Shown here: positions 1-13,039 of the stretch, piece by piece
How positions within the stretch are numbered: the first letter of the stretch is position 1
Layout of the letters: each line of letters begins with the position of its first letter
Assembly (NCBI GenBank): GCA_030704615.1
Contig: CM060733.1
Coordinates: 6,820,001-6,884,000 of the forward strand
DNA length: 64,000 nt
Direction of reading: 5' to 3'
DNA from: Takakia lepidozioides
Taxonomy: Eukaryota > Plantae > Bryophyta
The notes under the pieces: model-generated
Seen by the model: only the letters and a program-made list of their open reading frames with translations
Database searches by the model: none
Told to the model about the DNA's origin: nothing
Translations under genes and position numbers: made by a program

Positions 1-2150
1 AGTTTACACGTGTATGATACAGAGGGTTACATGGTGGTGAGGGTTACAGAGGGTCAGAGAGGGTTACATGGAGTGAGGGTTACATAGGGTGAGGGTGACA
101 CTCTGCGGTGTACAGAGGGTTACATGGTGGTGAGGGTTACAAAGGGTCACAGAGGGTTACATGGGTTATAGAGGGTTACATGGAGTGAGGGTTACATAAG
201 GGTGAGGGCGACACTCTGCGGTGTTACAGAGGGTTACATAGGTTACAAACAGAGGGTTTTGAGGGTTACAAGTGAGGGTTACATGGTGGCGAGGGTGACA
301 CTCTGCGGTGTTACAGAGGGTTACATGGTGGTAAGGGTTACACCTGGTGAGGGATATAGAGGGTCACAGAGGGTTACATGGGTTACAGAGGGTTACATGG
401 TGAGGGTTACAGAGGGTCAGAGAGGGTTACATGGAATGGGGGGGTGAGGGTGACACTCTGCGTGTTACAGAGGGTTACATAGGTTAGGGTTTGTGAGGGG
501 AGGGGTGGGTTACATGAGTGAGGTACATGGTGGCGAGGGTGACACTCTGCGGTGTTACAGAGGGTTACAGAGGTTACAAAGGTCAGAGAGGGTTACATGG
601 AATGAGGGTTACATAGGGGTGAGGGTGACACTCTGCGGTGTTACAGAGGGTTACGGTTAGGGGAGGGTTACAGTTACAGGGTTACATGGAGTGAGGTTAC
701 ATAAGGGGTGAGGGTGACACTCTACGGTGTTACACTGGGTTACATAGGGTACAGAGGTTACAGGGTTACAGGGTGACACTCTGCGGTGTACAGAGGTTAC
801 ATGGAGGTAAGGGTTACACCTGGTGAGGGATATAGAGGGTCACAGAGGGTTACATGGTGGTGAGGGTTACAGAAGGTCAGAGAGGGTTACATGGAATGAG
901 GGTTACATAGGGATGAGGGTGACACTCTGTGGTGTTACAGAGGGTTACATGGTGGTGAGGGTTACAAGGGTCACAGAGGGTTACATGGGTTACAGAGGGT
1001 TACAGTTACAGAGGGTTACATGGAGTGAGGGTTACATAAGGTGAGGGCGACACTCTGCGGTGTTACAGAGGGTTACATGGGTTACAGAGCCATAGAGGGT
1101 TTGTGATGGTTACATGGAGTGAGGGTGATATGGGTGAGGGTGACACTTTGCGGTGTCACAGAGGGTTTGTGAGGGTTACGGAGGGTTACATGGTGGCGAG
1201 GGTGACACTCTGCGGTGTTACAGGGGGTTACATGGTGGTAAGGGTTACACTTGGTGAGGGATATAGAGGGTCACACATGGGTTACAGAGGGTTACAGGGT
1301 TACAGAGGGTGGGTTACAGGTTGAGGGTTACAGAGGGTCAGAGAGGGTTACATGGAGGGTTACATAGGGGTGAGGGTGACACTCTGCGGTGTTACAGAGG
1401 GTTACAAAGGGTCATAGAGGGTTACAAAGGGGTCACAGAGGGTTACATGGGTTACAGAGGGTTACATGGAGTGAGGGTTACATAAGGGTGAGGGCGACAC
1501 TCTGCGGTGTTACAGAGGGTTACATGGGTTACAGAGCCACAGAGGGTTACAGGGATGGGATGAGGGTGACACTCTGCGGTGTCACAGAGGTTTGTGAGGG
1601 TTAGGGTTACATGGTGGCGAGGGTGACAGTGTTACAGAGAGGGTTACATGAGGGTTACATGGTGAGGGTGACAGGTGTCACACGGAGGGTTACATGGTGG
1701 CGAGGGTGACACTTTGCGGTGTTACAGAGGGTTACATGGTGGTAAGGGTTACACCTGGTGAGGGATATAGAGGGTCACAGAGGGTTACATGGTTACAGAG
1801 GGTACAGGGTCACAGGGGTTACATGGGTTACAGAGGGTCACAGAGGATTACATGGGTTACAAAGGGTTACAGAGGATTACATGGAGTGAGGGTTACACTC
1901 TGCGGTGTTACAGAGGGTTACATGGGTTACAGAGGGTTACATAGGGTTACATGGGTTGCAAAGTGTTATAGAGGGTTACATGTAGTGAGGGTTACATAGG
2001 GGTGGGGGTGACACTCTGCGGTGTTATAGAGGGTTACATGGGTTACAGAGGGTCATGGGTTATATGGGTTACAGAGGGGGGTTATATGGGTTACAGAGGG
2101 TTACATGGTGTGTGGGTTACACTCGGCGGAGTTACAGAGGGTTACATGGG
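1..2150 (+). repeat. G-rich degenerate minisatellite/satellite built from GGGTTACA(GA/T) units plus a recurring GAGGGTGACACTCTGCGGTGTTACA module
   Basis: A very large number of 8-10 nt GGGTTAC-containing units and roughly twenty copies of the GTGACACTCTGCGGTGT module; the array runs off the left edge of the window. Confidence 0.95.
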
Positions 2151-3129
2151 GGTGATGGTTGAACCCGGGGCGGGGGTTACAGGGAACTGGCGGACTGCTG
2201 GAAGCGGCGGACTGGTGTCGCAGAACGACGACGCAGGGGGGCGACGACGCCGATGGGATGAGGGCGGGGTGGGGAGGGATTGACCGAGCCCAGCCGGTTG
2301 CCTTTCGATGTCTGCCGGAGGCGAAGAACCGGCGGTACGGGTGTCAGGGCTGGACCGTCCTGACACGCTTGCATTAAGTTCTTACATTATTCCTATTATC
2401 TTCCATATTTTATACTCTAGGGTTTCCGCAGTTTATGATTGAAATTTTTCGAAGTTTAGTATGTATGTATAAGTATGTATTCTGTCCTTTAGTAGATTTT
2501 TTGAGATTTTCCAAATTTTTTTCTTATTTTTGGACAAGCTGAGCATGTAATATTTCTGGATTTTTAGACATATCACTTGAGTTAATCCAAAAATTTCAAG
2601 AACCCAAAATATAATTAATTTGTGTTGAATCTGACAGCAACGTCGGGTAACCATACCAACCATATTATTACTACTATGTAGCTTTCATTTTAGACTCCGA
2701 GTTTTATGAGGATGGAGCCTTCAAATGATTATTTTTGTCATAGAGAAGAGTTACATGAGAAAAAATTGGTTTCTTTATAAAGGAGAAAATATTGGGGCGT
2801 CTCCTTCTTCTGGTCTGTGATGTCTCTTCTTGATGCCTTGGAGGTTGCAAATTAATGTTGGGTTCCTGCGCGCCTAGCCTTGGTGCTCAAGGTCGTTAAA
2901 ATCTTACAGTTGCAAATTTCAGCCCCCAAAGTAGACTTTGGGGAGTATATATTGTTGGAATTATAGAAAATACACAGAGATATTATGAGTAATTTAGTGA
3001 ATAGATCAGTGTGATAGCCAACTTAGCGTTAGTTCTACCATAAGCTGTTCATGTTTCTGATTTCATGTTGCAGGTCACGTGGTGCTGACGTGCTATCTTC
3101 TGAGCTGTTGCTCATTCCCCCCCTTATAT

Positions 3130-3225
3130 TACATAACATTCTAGAACTAACACGAGGAACTCTCATATTAGTACAAGTAACACGAGGGACTCTCCTACTA
3201 GTATGTATGTGTGTTAGTGTAGTGT
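3130..3225 (+). repeat. Left part of a dispersed repeat (partner of 5720-6145; uninterrupted inverted copy at ~21050-21545)
   Basis: cataacattctagaactaacacgagg...ctctcatattagt...gtgtgttagtgtagt matches the reverse complement of ~21480-21545. Confidence 0.7.
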
Positions 3226-3802
3226 CAAGTGGCCTCTCATTTTAGATTGATAGCCTCTTGAATGCATAGCGGGTCATTTTGGGCGGCCATTCGGCGAGCG
3301 CATGTAACATAAAAATGATTTTGCTGTACAATACACATGAAATGAAAGTCAGACATATGGACATATAGACAGAGAGACACCTTGCTCCATTTTGGAACAT
3401 ACTGCATGCTACAAAAGTTTTAAATTTTAAATTTATGATCGTGACCATACATCATGAAGGGGTTTGATCAGGTCAAAAAATATCAGTCAGCGACATCCAA
3501 ATTGGTAAAGATTACAAACATGAAAACAGGGTCTCATCCTCCCACAATCTTGAGTCCAGATTCTAGATAGGCTTGATCTTGCAGTGAAGGCCAATTAGTG
3601 AAAACACAAAATACTTCAAGTCCTGCAATTAAAAATAAGAAGTTAGTACAACATTAGTGTCCAATACAATCAAACCTGGATAAATGTTACCTCTTTTTTT
3701 GTTATATCATCCTAAATGTTATGGTTTTCTTACTCTGTAAAAATATACACTAAGAATGACAAGAAAAGTGTTATTTGTTATTGAATACCTCTTTGTTAAG
3801 AC

Positions 3803-4307
3803 CAGTGTTGGACTGGTATCAAGTTTTTTACATACCAGTCTGGTCCTGGTACCAGACGCATCACAAAGTTTTCATACCAGTCTGGTCTATATAATGGTGG
3901 ATGTATATTTGTCCAAATATTGGTATGAGTATGAGTATCATGACCACAATACCAGTTGGTATGAGGTATCAACTCTGGTATCATCCTTTATGTGTATTGT
4001 ATTTATTTTCACTTGATATTTTCTATTTGATAAACTTGTAATTCAAGATGGCTTTAGAAGTAAATATTCATAAATACAAATGTATAGGCAAATGTACACA
4101 TAAATTAATATGGTACACATACCATAGTAAATGAGGTAGACTGCGGGGGAGTACTGGTATTGTGGCTGGTATGAAAAAATTGATACCAACCCGGTCTGGT
4201 ATGACCAAGTACTCTCCCAAACGATACCAGACTGGTCTGGTATTTAATACCAGTGCATATACTAGTACTTTATACCAGTCCTTCACCTATATACCAGTCC
4301 AACACTC
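3803..4307. mobile_element. Non-autonomous hAT element (MITE), family A
   Basis: TIR CAGTGTTGGACTGGTAT / ATACCAGTCCAACACTc; 8-bp TSD GTTAAGAC at 3795-3802 and 4308-4315; many subterminal TACCAG/CTGGTA motifs. Confidence 0.9.
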
Positions 4308-4387
4308 GTTAAGACACCTTTGTAATTGTTACATTCAATAAAATAATAATAAAATAAAGATGGTACTAGTATTCAAATTCAAATTCA

Positions 4388-4503
4388 CTCTTGAAATGGG
4401 CATTTGACCTATTGAAATGAGCGTTTCAATGTTGAGATGGGCATTTCAACTATTGAAATGGCCATTCAATATTGAGATGCGTATTTGAAATCTTAAAATG
4501 GCC
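4388..4503. repeat. Short tandem repeat, ~20-21 bp unit (ATTGAAATGGGCATTTCAACT-like), about 6 copies
   Basis: Direct inspection. Confidence 0.75.
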
Positions 4504-5419
4504 AGGAGAAGCCTAACCGCCGTCTGTTAGGGTTTAGGGGGCCTCCAGGGAACTTGAGAACCTCCTGGTAGGGTACCGCGAATGTTTACGGAACAAAGAA
4601 TAGTAGGTTGAGCACTCTGTGATGACACTTCAGTGCTACTGAGATACTATGAGCGTATGTTTGAAGAAGAGAGGAAGCATCGATGCTACCATTGTACGTG
4701 TTGGCAATGTCTTGTTATGAGTGGATCGAGAATCCAACAAGAAGCTGTGTTTGCAGATTAAATGTGAGGTTCCACATTGGTCTTGATTTTGCCGTGAGAG
4801 CCAAAAGGTTGAATTGCAAGTGCTTAAGTAGATTTAGAATCCTCCCTGTTTGTTGTAGATTTAAGAACCGACTCGGTGAAGTATCAACTCTTGAGGGCAA
4901 CGAAGAGGTCGACGAGGTTGCCTAGAGCAAGTCGACGTCGACACTGATGAGAGCAGCGATGAGATTGAGTTTGATAGTGGACATAGAGACATTAAGTCAT
5001 ATTTTCTGCCCTCTCTCTAAATGTTATCTTGCATCTGAAGGACATGTTTTAATGTTAAATTTCTAATTGTTACGTTATGAAATTTCAACCTATTTTACTG
5101 TTATTTGATATAATTGCCTAATTGTTATAGAGTTCCTAGTATTGGAGCATAACAATAGAGGAAAAAGAGAGAGAAAAAACAAATCCAGACGTTTATTCAC
5201 CTAAAATACGAGATCTGTGACATCAAATATTGCTATCCACTACAATCTCCATAATGGAAGGAAAAGCCTACAAGCGGAGCAAACAAAATCAACCAGTAAC
5301 CAGTCCACAGCCCAATATAGCACGCCCATGTCTGTAGCTATTCAATATCCTTCAACATAGGAAGGGTGCTTCAGGTTCAGCAAGCTCCCATTCAAGTAAA
5401 TTGGCCTATTAATGGATGG

Positions 5420-5552
5420 GCACTTGTACCTTCATTATTAAGCACTTGTACCTTGAGGTTTGAACCCTTGACTCTTGAGGCTTGAACCCTTCATTACTAA
5501 GCATCATTATTAAGCACTTGTACCTTGAGGTTTGAACCCTTCATTATTAAAC
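5420..5552. repeat. Local complex tandem duplication (CACTTGTACCTT / GAGGTTTGAACCCTT / CATTATTAAG modules)
   Basis: Direct inspection. Confidence 0.7.
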
Positions 5553-5719
5553 TTAGACTTCCATTTGCAAGTTTTTGTTTTTTAGCCCTTCATGATGAAA
5601 GGTTCAGATTTTTTCTGGCCTTTCTTTTGAAGGGCCCTGATTTTTTGGCCCTTCATATGGTTTTGCAAGTTGATGGGCGTTGCAGTCGTCTTCAAAAATA
5701 GACACTGCCAGCAGGTCGT

Positions 5720-6145
5720 TGTGGTGGGAGCGAGACTTAACATCATATCATTGTAGGTTTGGACTTTGTTTAATTGGTCTTGGATGCATTAAACAGTTTT
5801 CTAGACACATTAAACATGATGATTAATGTTTAAGAATGATGGCTTTTAAGTAGCATTCACAACCACCATTGGACACAGATGAAGCATCTAACCTATACAT
5901 GTATACAAGGTTGGGTCATAATGAATATTTGGCATATATGTGTTTTTTAAATCTTATGTATTTATGACGCTTTTACCACAGAATTTGATGACAGGCTCTA
6001 ATGGGCTGACCGACTATGATAGCAGGTCCAATATTTTTGAAAAAAGGTATCTAGAAAAAATAGATATGCGTACATAGCATCTGTTGTACAAAGATAGAAG
6101 CTGGTTAAGGAAGTCTTATAGAGTTGAGTCAAAATGTTATGTAAG
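5720..6145 (+). repeat. Right part of the dispersed repeat, homologous to the reverse complement of ~21050-21480
   Basis: Shared blocks cattaaacatgatgattaatgtttaa, aaccaccattggaca, ggtccaatattttt, agtcttatagagtt. Confidence 0.75.
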
Positions 6146-6677
6146 GCTTATGCTTACTGTAGATAGGGTAAGGGTATCAAACGTAGCACTGTATACATTT
6201 TATAATTCCAGTAATAGACAAGTGCATCAAAACTCAATTCAAATTTAATCATGTTTCGATTTAATTGTAAATTTTGCCTAGAGGGCCAATACATGGCATA
6301 TTCCCTAGGAAAAGAAAGGTGATTTGTCAAGTGCCCGGGACTCTCATGGGTGACACTTACTGCCCTCAACCCCATACCAGGTCTTGACACACACCTATTC
6401 CCTCAATCCCATGCCCTAGCAAGAGCAAAATATAGAAGAAGGAAAATGATAACCGCGCTATGTAACCGCCCTCCATTACTGACAATTGCATGCATTCGAA
6501 GCACAATCATAAACAATCTCCCCTAATCAACAATCTATTATGAACTTATCTTTAGTCAATAGCAATTGACAACGCTGTCAACCAAAGTATAATATGAATG
6601 TACTTGGTATATTTATATTGGGGGGGGCTTTATAGGTGACCCAATGACTCAATAGTTAGTTATAGGCCCCCTTACTC

Positions 6678-7443
6678 GGCTCTCATTTTTGAATAATTGG
6701 GAGTTTAAGGCTCACTCGTGAGCTAGGCAGCGGGCCCATGCACGGATGTCGGGCGCCACCCGGCGGGTCCAGGTCTACTCAAGTTGGAGCTGCTCATGGT
6801 CTGCTCAGAGTCTGCTGACAGGTAAGGTCGGGTCTGCTCGAGGGTAGGGTCTGCTCACTGCTGGCAGGTCGGGTCCGCTCACAGATCTTGCTCAGGGTCT
6901 GCTGACATGTAAGGTCAGGTCTGCTCGAGGATAGGGTCTGTTCTCTGCTGGCAAGTCGGGTCCACTCGCGGGTCTGAATGGTCTGCTCGTCGCGCCGCAG
7001 CCCGCCTGCGGGACTTCGAATTTTTTGCGGGAAAACTCGCCCATCCAAAAGAGGGTCATTAATACACGTGCAACACCAGCCGGAACCATCATTAATGCAT
7101 GTTTGGCACAGCCAAGGTTGTGGGTTCAACCTCACGGGTACCACTCAATGGGCCCAACCACCACACTACCTACCGCTTGTTACTATCCCAACATTTTTTT
7201 TTATCTCGTAACCTAGAGAACAGCCGCAGTCAGCCCTAATGCTGCCTAGGGTCACCCTACCTCGCGACAGACCATACCTCACGGTAAACCACCTAGGCTG
7301 AGTCTGGCGGCATACCATACCTGGTGGCAGACCCACCCGGGCTGGGTCATGGATCGTGGCGGGGCCACCCGGGGGCGCCCCACGGCCCGATGTCTGGCTC
7401 ACACTTGAGCCTTAAACACCCAATTATTCAACAATGAGAAGCC
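6678..7443. mobile_element. Non-autonomous TIR element, PIF/Harbinger-like termini, with an internal GGTCTGCT tandem repeat (~6795-6990)
   Basis: ~55-60 bp imperfect TIR (GGCTCTCATTTTTGAATAATTGGGAGTTTAAGGCTCA... / ...TGAGCCTTAAACACCCAATTATTCAACAATGAGAAGCC); 3-bp flanking repeat CTC on both sides. Confidence 0.75.
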
Positions 7444-7725
7444 CTCACCCCATCGTTCATTGTACCATGAGACTTTCAATCAGCTGTCATGAATAAAGTA
7501 GTTCTTAGTATTTGTTGTGGATTGCCTTGGAATATCCATTGTTTAGTGTTCTCCTTCTAGAAATTCTACATGTACTGTGCAATCTTAGGTCAACCTATCA
7601 AATGACTACCATTTGTAGGTCGAAACGACATGGAAGAGTGACAGCAGTAACTGTCACCAACAAGGGCATATTGAAGCTTATAATCATAATTACCAGCCAC
7701 AAGATCACCAGACTGAAAATGCTCG

Positions 7726-8126
7726 GATATTAAAGTTATCCGTTAAGTCCAAGGGGTGCATGGAGTTCGGCGAGTCAAAAGACAGGGTGAGCAGGGTGGA
7801 CGCGGGCCCACAAAGTACAAGCGAGATAAAGAGGGGGCCAAACTCACAATAGCATAAAAACCAGCCCAAATGTCTTTGATCCCGTCTTCCTCTGCGCCCT
7901 GCGCTGAGACACGTGAATGAGCCTGACGCAGGGCCCACGCTCCCATCATGTTGACCTTCCAACTGGCATAAGGCCAGACCACTTTATCATCTCTCATGCC
8001 CAGTTTTCTCGAGTCGTGCCCATTTTACTGGACTTAACGGATCGGCTGAAACTGCCCACCAAAGCCGCATGTGGGATAGATGAGAAGGTCAAAGAGGGCG
8101 GGACTTCACGGATAATTTAATTATCT
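7726..8126. mobile_element. Probable MITE with ~25-bp imperfect TIRs, superfamily unassigned
   Basis: gatattaaagttatccgttaagtcc vs ggacttcacggataatttaattatc; an internal copy of the TIR core at ~8031. Confidence 0.5.
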
Positions 8127-10652
8127 GAATTTGTTGGCTTTGTCCATAGACTTTGTATCATGTTGAAGTCAATGGAGAAGATCTGGTCAGCTGTTTTATG
8201 CCATGTGAAGGCTTTTCCTAGTCCGAAAACATTGTGTATTGTGTTGCGTCATGCCAATGAGCAAATACAATTTGTAGATAGTAAAATAACATATGATCTA
8301 GTAGAATCTATTTAAAATAATAATAATATTTGACGCCTCCCGAAGGAAGTGTGAATTATGGTGTTTCTTCACCGCGAAGGGCCACAACCACTTGAGAGGT
8401 GGTATGTGCCCATTACCACTGGGCTACAACTTGGTTGTCATCTATTTAGAACATTAACCACATCTCGCTTTTGCTTGCGGTCGATAGAGCATCCATGGCT
8501 CTACTACAATTTGGCGAATATATATTTTAGTTGGAAGCTGACCCGTCCAGAGATTAGAGCCGGGTTCTATGGGCACTCCCAAACGGCCCCCCCAAGCAAG
8601 CGTCCCAGAGCGAATCCCTTAAAAATGAGAGGGGGTGGTTCCATGGACAGTTTTCCATTCACCCCTCTAGAAATCTTTGGCACCAATTGTTGTGGGCCCA
8701 TGACATAATAATTGATAATTAATATAAGTTTTGGATGAAAATATCAAAAATCATTCATTCTCTTGAAATCTAACTTACTTTGGATGTAAATCAGTAGTAT
8801 TCTATAAGTCTGCAGGCCCGCTGTAGGAAAAAACAAAGGTGTTAGTTAGGGGCGCCCCGAAAGTTGAAGAAACCCAATCGTCCCCTGGAAAAGGAGAGGC
8901 TTTTTTGGGCCCTTAGCAAAGGGGCAATCTGTGGGGGCGCCCCTTAAGGAATATCCTATTTCGACCACTAGTGCCTATTCATGGAGGGGGGGGGGGGGGT
9001 TGCAGCTGCCCATGGAACCCGGCTCTCAGTGTCTTGGGGCCAGGGCCAGCTTTTGCTGGTCAACGGTGGTCGGTTCACAAGTCATATTGTAGAAGTGTCT
9101 ATGTTTTGGTCTGCACAACTGCGTGCTTACAAAAATTATACTATGTGGGCAAGTCATTTCTCACAAACAGATCACAAAAAATAGTGTTGACGTAAACCAC
9201 ATCTTGCAGTTGAGATCACTCGGATAATTACATTAGCATATGCTCTAAGTGCGCTTCTTGTCTCCTTTTGGGTAGCAGAGTGCTTGGTATGTGGTTCCAC
9301 ATAAATACTTCAAGATGCTTTGAATTGCTATGCAGTGCATTATGTTTAGGTCCGGTTGAAAAATGTAGCAACCATACTATGTAACAACATAAGCTATGTC
9401 AAGGCGAGATCCCAATAATATAGCAAACATAACACTCTCCACAATTTCTTTGTAAAGATTTTTTTTTTAGAATCCAATCCTATTTCCATGTCAACCTTGT
9501 TATTCACGACTTCTACTGAATCATCAAATAACTGCACATTTGGATCTAGATTCTACATGCATGCTCGCACTACGTACAACTAAATATCCAAACTCACTAG
9601 TAGTACCGTACATTAGTATGTACTTTGTTTGCCCTATGTAAATCAGCTTCAATTCTCAATAGCTAGTGATGTGGCCAAGTCCCACATAATAATATGTACC
9701 ATTATGTTATCACCTCAAATTTTTTCTTCGGATGATCAACTACTGTGTTCACATCCCTACAGGGCCACCCAAACCATCACTACGTACAACTCTACTAACA
9801 TCCTTAATATCCATAGTAGTAGTTGATAACTCATCTTGCATGCTTTTTTGTTGTTAAACTAAAAACAAAGAAAATACTACCATAAAACAATTTTCAAAAA
9901 GAACTCCTAAACATAGTTATGTTACGTGAGCAGTAACCTATTGAAAATGCATAAACAATACACTATGGTATATTAGTTGACAAAGAGCCTTCATTACTAT
10001 ATGCTCTTTTATATACCACACACAAACATGTAGGAACATATATGTTCAAAACCCTCCAGCTGTCCACGCCGTAAGAGTCCAATTACTAGCCCAGAATGAA
10101 ATGTTAAAGGTAGAACTGACTACAATCAACCTTCATAAAATTCTACTGTGGGAAATACACAATGCCAATTCCAATAGGCGAAAGGAAGGAAGGGCACTTA
10201 ATATGGTACAACTAGAGGGATCTTAAAGGGTAAGACTAGAGGGACCCTCGAAGTGGAGATGTTAAAAAGTATACAAGTAGATTCTTGCATAAATATATAG
10301 ATCTCCATATGAAACTATACATAATAAGGTGGGTAAGGCTAACAATGTGGTGAGAGAGTGTGTTGACATGTAGAAAATCGCGATGGCAATTTGTAAGAAA
10401 GAAAGAGACACCTTCCATCCACGGAAAGAGATCTCGTATAATTACTAATATCTCTTATATGGGACAAAGGAAAATATAATTTCCAAGATAGATAAGAGTG
10501 GGAAGATGTCAGCTTCTTCGGGCGATGCGCAATATGCCATCTGCAAATGTCGGGTAAATCGAGAGGTCGGTTTAAATTACATTCTTTGTGTAGTCACTAC
10601 ACAATTTAGAAAAGAAGTGGAGCTCTTGATAGTTCCAACTTAGATCTTGATG

Positions 10653-11911
10653 TCAACAGTTATGGCCCCTGTGTGGAGCTGGAGCTGGTGGAGGAAAACG
10701 ATAATGTGGGTCCAGAAATGGTGGCGGATGACCAATTGGCGGTCGAATTCTTCCATATGTATTTAGGATCCGGTGTCCAGGTGGATGTCGTGGGTGATGG
10801 TCATCATTGCCCTGTTTTTGCTCCTGTGAAGACACAAGTTTATATCATCAAGTAGCATGAGCTGTTATTGAATCAGTTTAGGTTCGGTTGCATCCACTAC
10901 AATTGCGTACCATATTAGAGGCCTACCCTCAGAGTCCTTTCAGTCTTGTCAGTCTTTTCAACTCTTACATACTTGTTTCTTACCAGCTCTAAAACACATC
11001 AGGTAGACGTTTATGTTATCTACCATTGAGAAGTTCCATCTCCTTCAATCACGATGAAATATAATTGACCTAATTTTACATGCCTAGATGCTGCCTGCAC
11101 ACAATCAAGTTTTTAGCATATTACCCAGGCAAGACTGAAAGGCTGTAGCCAGTCGCGAGTTCAAACACCCTACGTGTTAGTCTGTTTGTACTTCTCCCGT
11201 TTGGGAATGGTAAGCCGAGTCAAGTTCATGCATCCACGACAATTGACGACTGTTGAAATTTTCTGTTTCAATATGGAGCCATCTAGAAACCAATCTATTG
11301 TACATGATTAATGCAGACTAGTAATACCTACTTCCAGGTCACTCTAGACTGGTTACACCTAATGGGTCACAGGTCTAGGGATTGGTCAGAGGAAGAGAGA
11401 GCAAATTTACCAGAAAAGTCTCCAACCCTGTTTGCGATTTATTGAGTTCAAAACTGGGTGGCGCACAGTCCCTTTCTATTGAATCTGCAAATCCTCCCAG
11501 AAATTATGGGAACAAAGATTTTAGAGATGATATCAATATACATACGTACAAACGACGTAGTTATGATTGACAATAACTACCCTATCAAGCATAATACACC
11601 ATGATGCTTGAGGTCGTTTCGGTATAAAGTTCAGTGCTCACCAAGGCAGCCTTTAGGCGGTGGACAAATTCAAGTCCATCAAACATCTAAAGCATCCATT
11701 GATCATCCACAATTCTGTAGTCTCATTCGATCTAGCAATATATCTTTATCTTGGATTATGCACCTCGACAATGGATCATGTCAAGCTGCATGACGTGGAG
11801 ACGACGTGGTAGAGACTTAGCCGCAGTAGCAGTGACCAGCGAGGCTGGCGAATTGAAACTTATTATAAGCAACCACGAGACTAAAACTGCAACATGGATA
11901 ACGTCTGCCAT
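10653..11911 (-). CDS. Small secreted Pro/His-rich peptide precursor, paralogue A (predicted 130 aa; exons 11911-11764, 11484-11411, 10823-10653)
   Basis: Manual splice model with GT-AG introns and compatible phases (1, 0): MADVIHVAVLVSWLLIISFNSPASLVTATAAKSLPRRLHVMQLDMIHCR-DSIERDCAPPSFELNKSQTGLETFL-EQKQGNDDHHPRHPPGHRILNTYGRIRPPIGHPPPFLDPHYRFPPPAPAPHRGHNC*. Hydrophobic signal-peptide-like N-terminus; same exon structure in paralogue B. Confidence 0.75.
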
Positions 11912-13039
11912 CGGCTGATTGAGGACTAACTTCTTATGGCCATCTGGAAGTTTGATCTCCGTGGTTGCTCAGTGGTAAGGAACGTGACCACTCCAGACCA
12001 AAAACAAAATGAAGTTAGCCTCAATATGCAAGCTCTTCAGTGTGCCGGCCCCAGCTGATCTAGCAGTTGTTGGTCAACAATGGTCAGTTTTATCAAACAA
12101 ATTATGATTTCAGAAGTGTCTACGTGAGGGTGTCTACGACCAAACTCGTAAATTAGTGAGAGCATAAAAGAGAGATCTATGCCTTGAAAACAAATTTCCT
12201 TGCCCGATCTTTAAATCTTTCTCTCACGCACACAGACATGAGCTCTCCGTGGACGTTAGAGAGCAAATTTTCTTCTCTCTCTCTCTCATGTGCACACACG
12301 CAATAAATCAGTCCTCAAGCCTCGAGGAGTTGTGGTTGTTGATTTAAAAATGCTTGTTGAAGAAGCATACATGAGACACTAGAAGAGGAAAAAGGTACAG
12401 AAGACTCTAACGCAAGCACAGACAAAGCCATCGTCCTAGCTATTTGTATACAGCTTAACAACTTTGTATCAGGAAGCGTCCCGCAAACGTCCCGTAAGCG
12501 CCTCCCGATCGACCAGCAGATAGCGTGCTGACAAAAGTCAGCTCCTAGAGCGCGTTTTTCCTAGGGTGACTCTTGAAAGGACTCGAATCTTCATGTTGCT
12601 ATTTACAGTCGGCACAAGTCGAGTATTATAGCTGTACTTATCTCTATTTGGTGTGGGAACATATTCTTGAGCACTCCCGACAAATCCATAGTCGCATGGA
12701 TGCATGCTAGCCTGGCTTCGCACTGTCATTTATCATTTTGTATGTATCACATTTATCCATTCTCATATGTTTTTCTTTATTCTTCTTTGATACTGGCCTA
12801 GCTCGACAGTGAGGGGAGGATAAAGTTACATGAAGGCCATGCCATGATATAAGTTAATACATAGAATTACTCTAAACTGTCAATTTTTAACTTTAAGGTC
12901 AAAGCTATGTACATTTAGAATGCGCCCTTGCCGTTGAGAACATAGTGTACCGCTTTACTAACTACATACATATTGACATTTATGACCATGTAACTAAAAG
13001 ACAAATCAAGAGCCAATATTCCAGAAAAATCTAATTTGT

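Noticed and set aside
1-2150. True telomere, and the many VTEGY-repeat ORFs
   Set aside because: A left chromosome end would show the C-rich strand on plus; the units are heterogeneous and not TTTAGGG; the ORFs are by-products of the repeat
8571-8944. Tourist-like MITE
   Set aside because: Termini only loosely complementary and no convincing TSD
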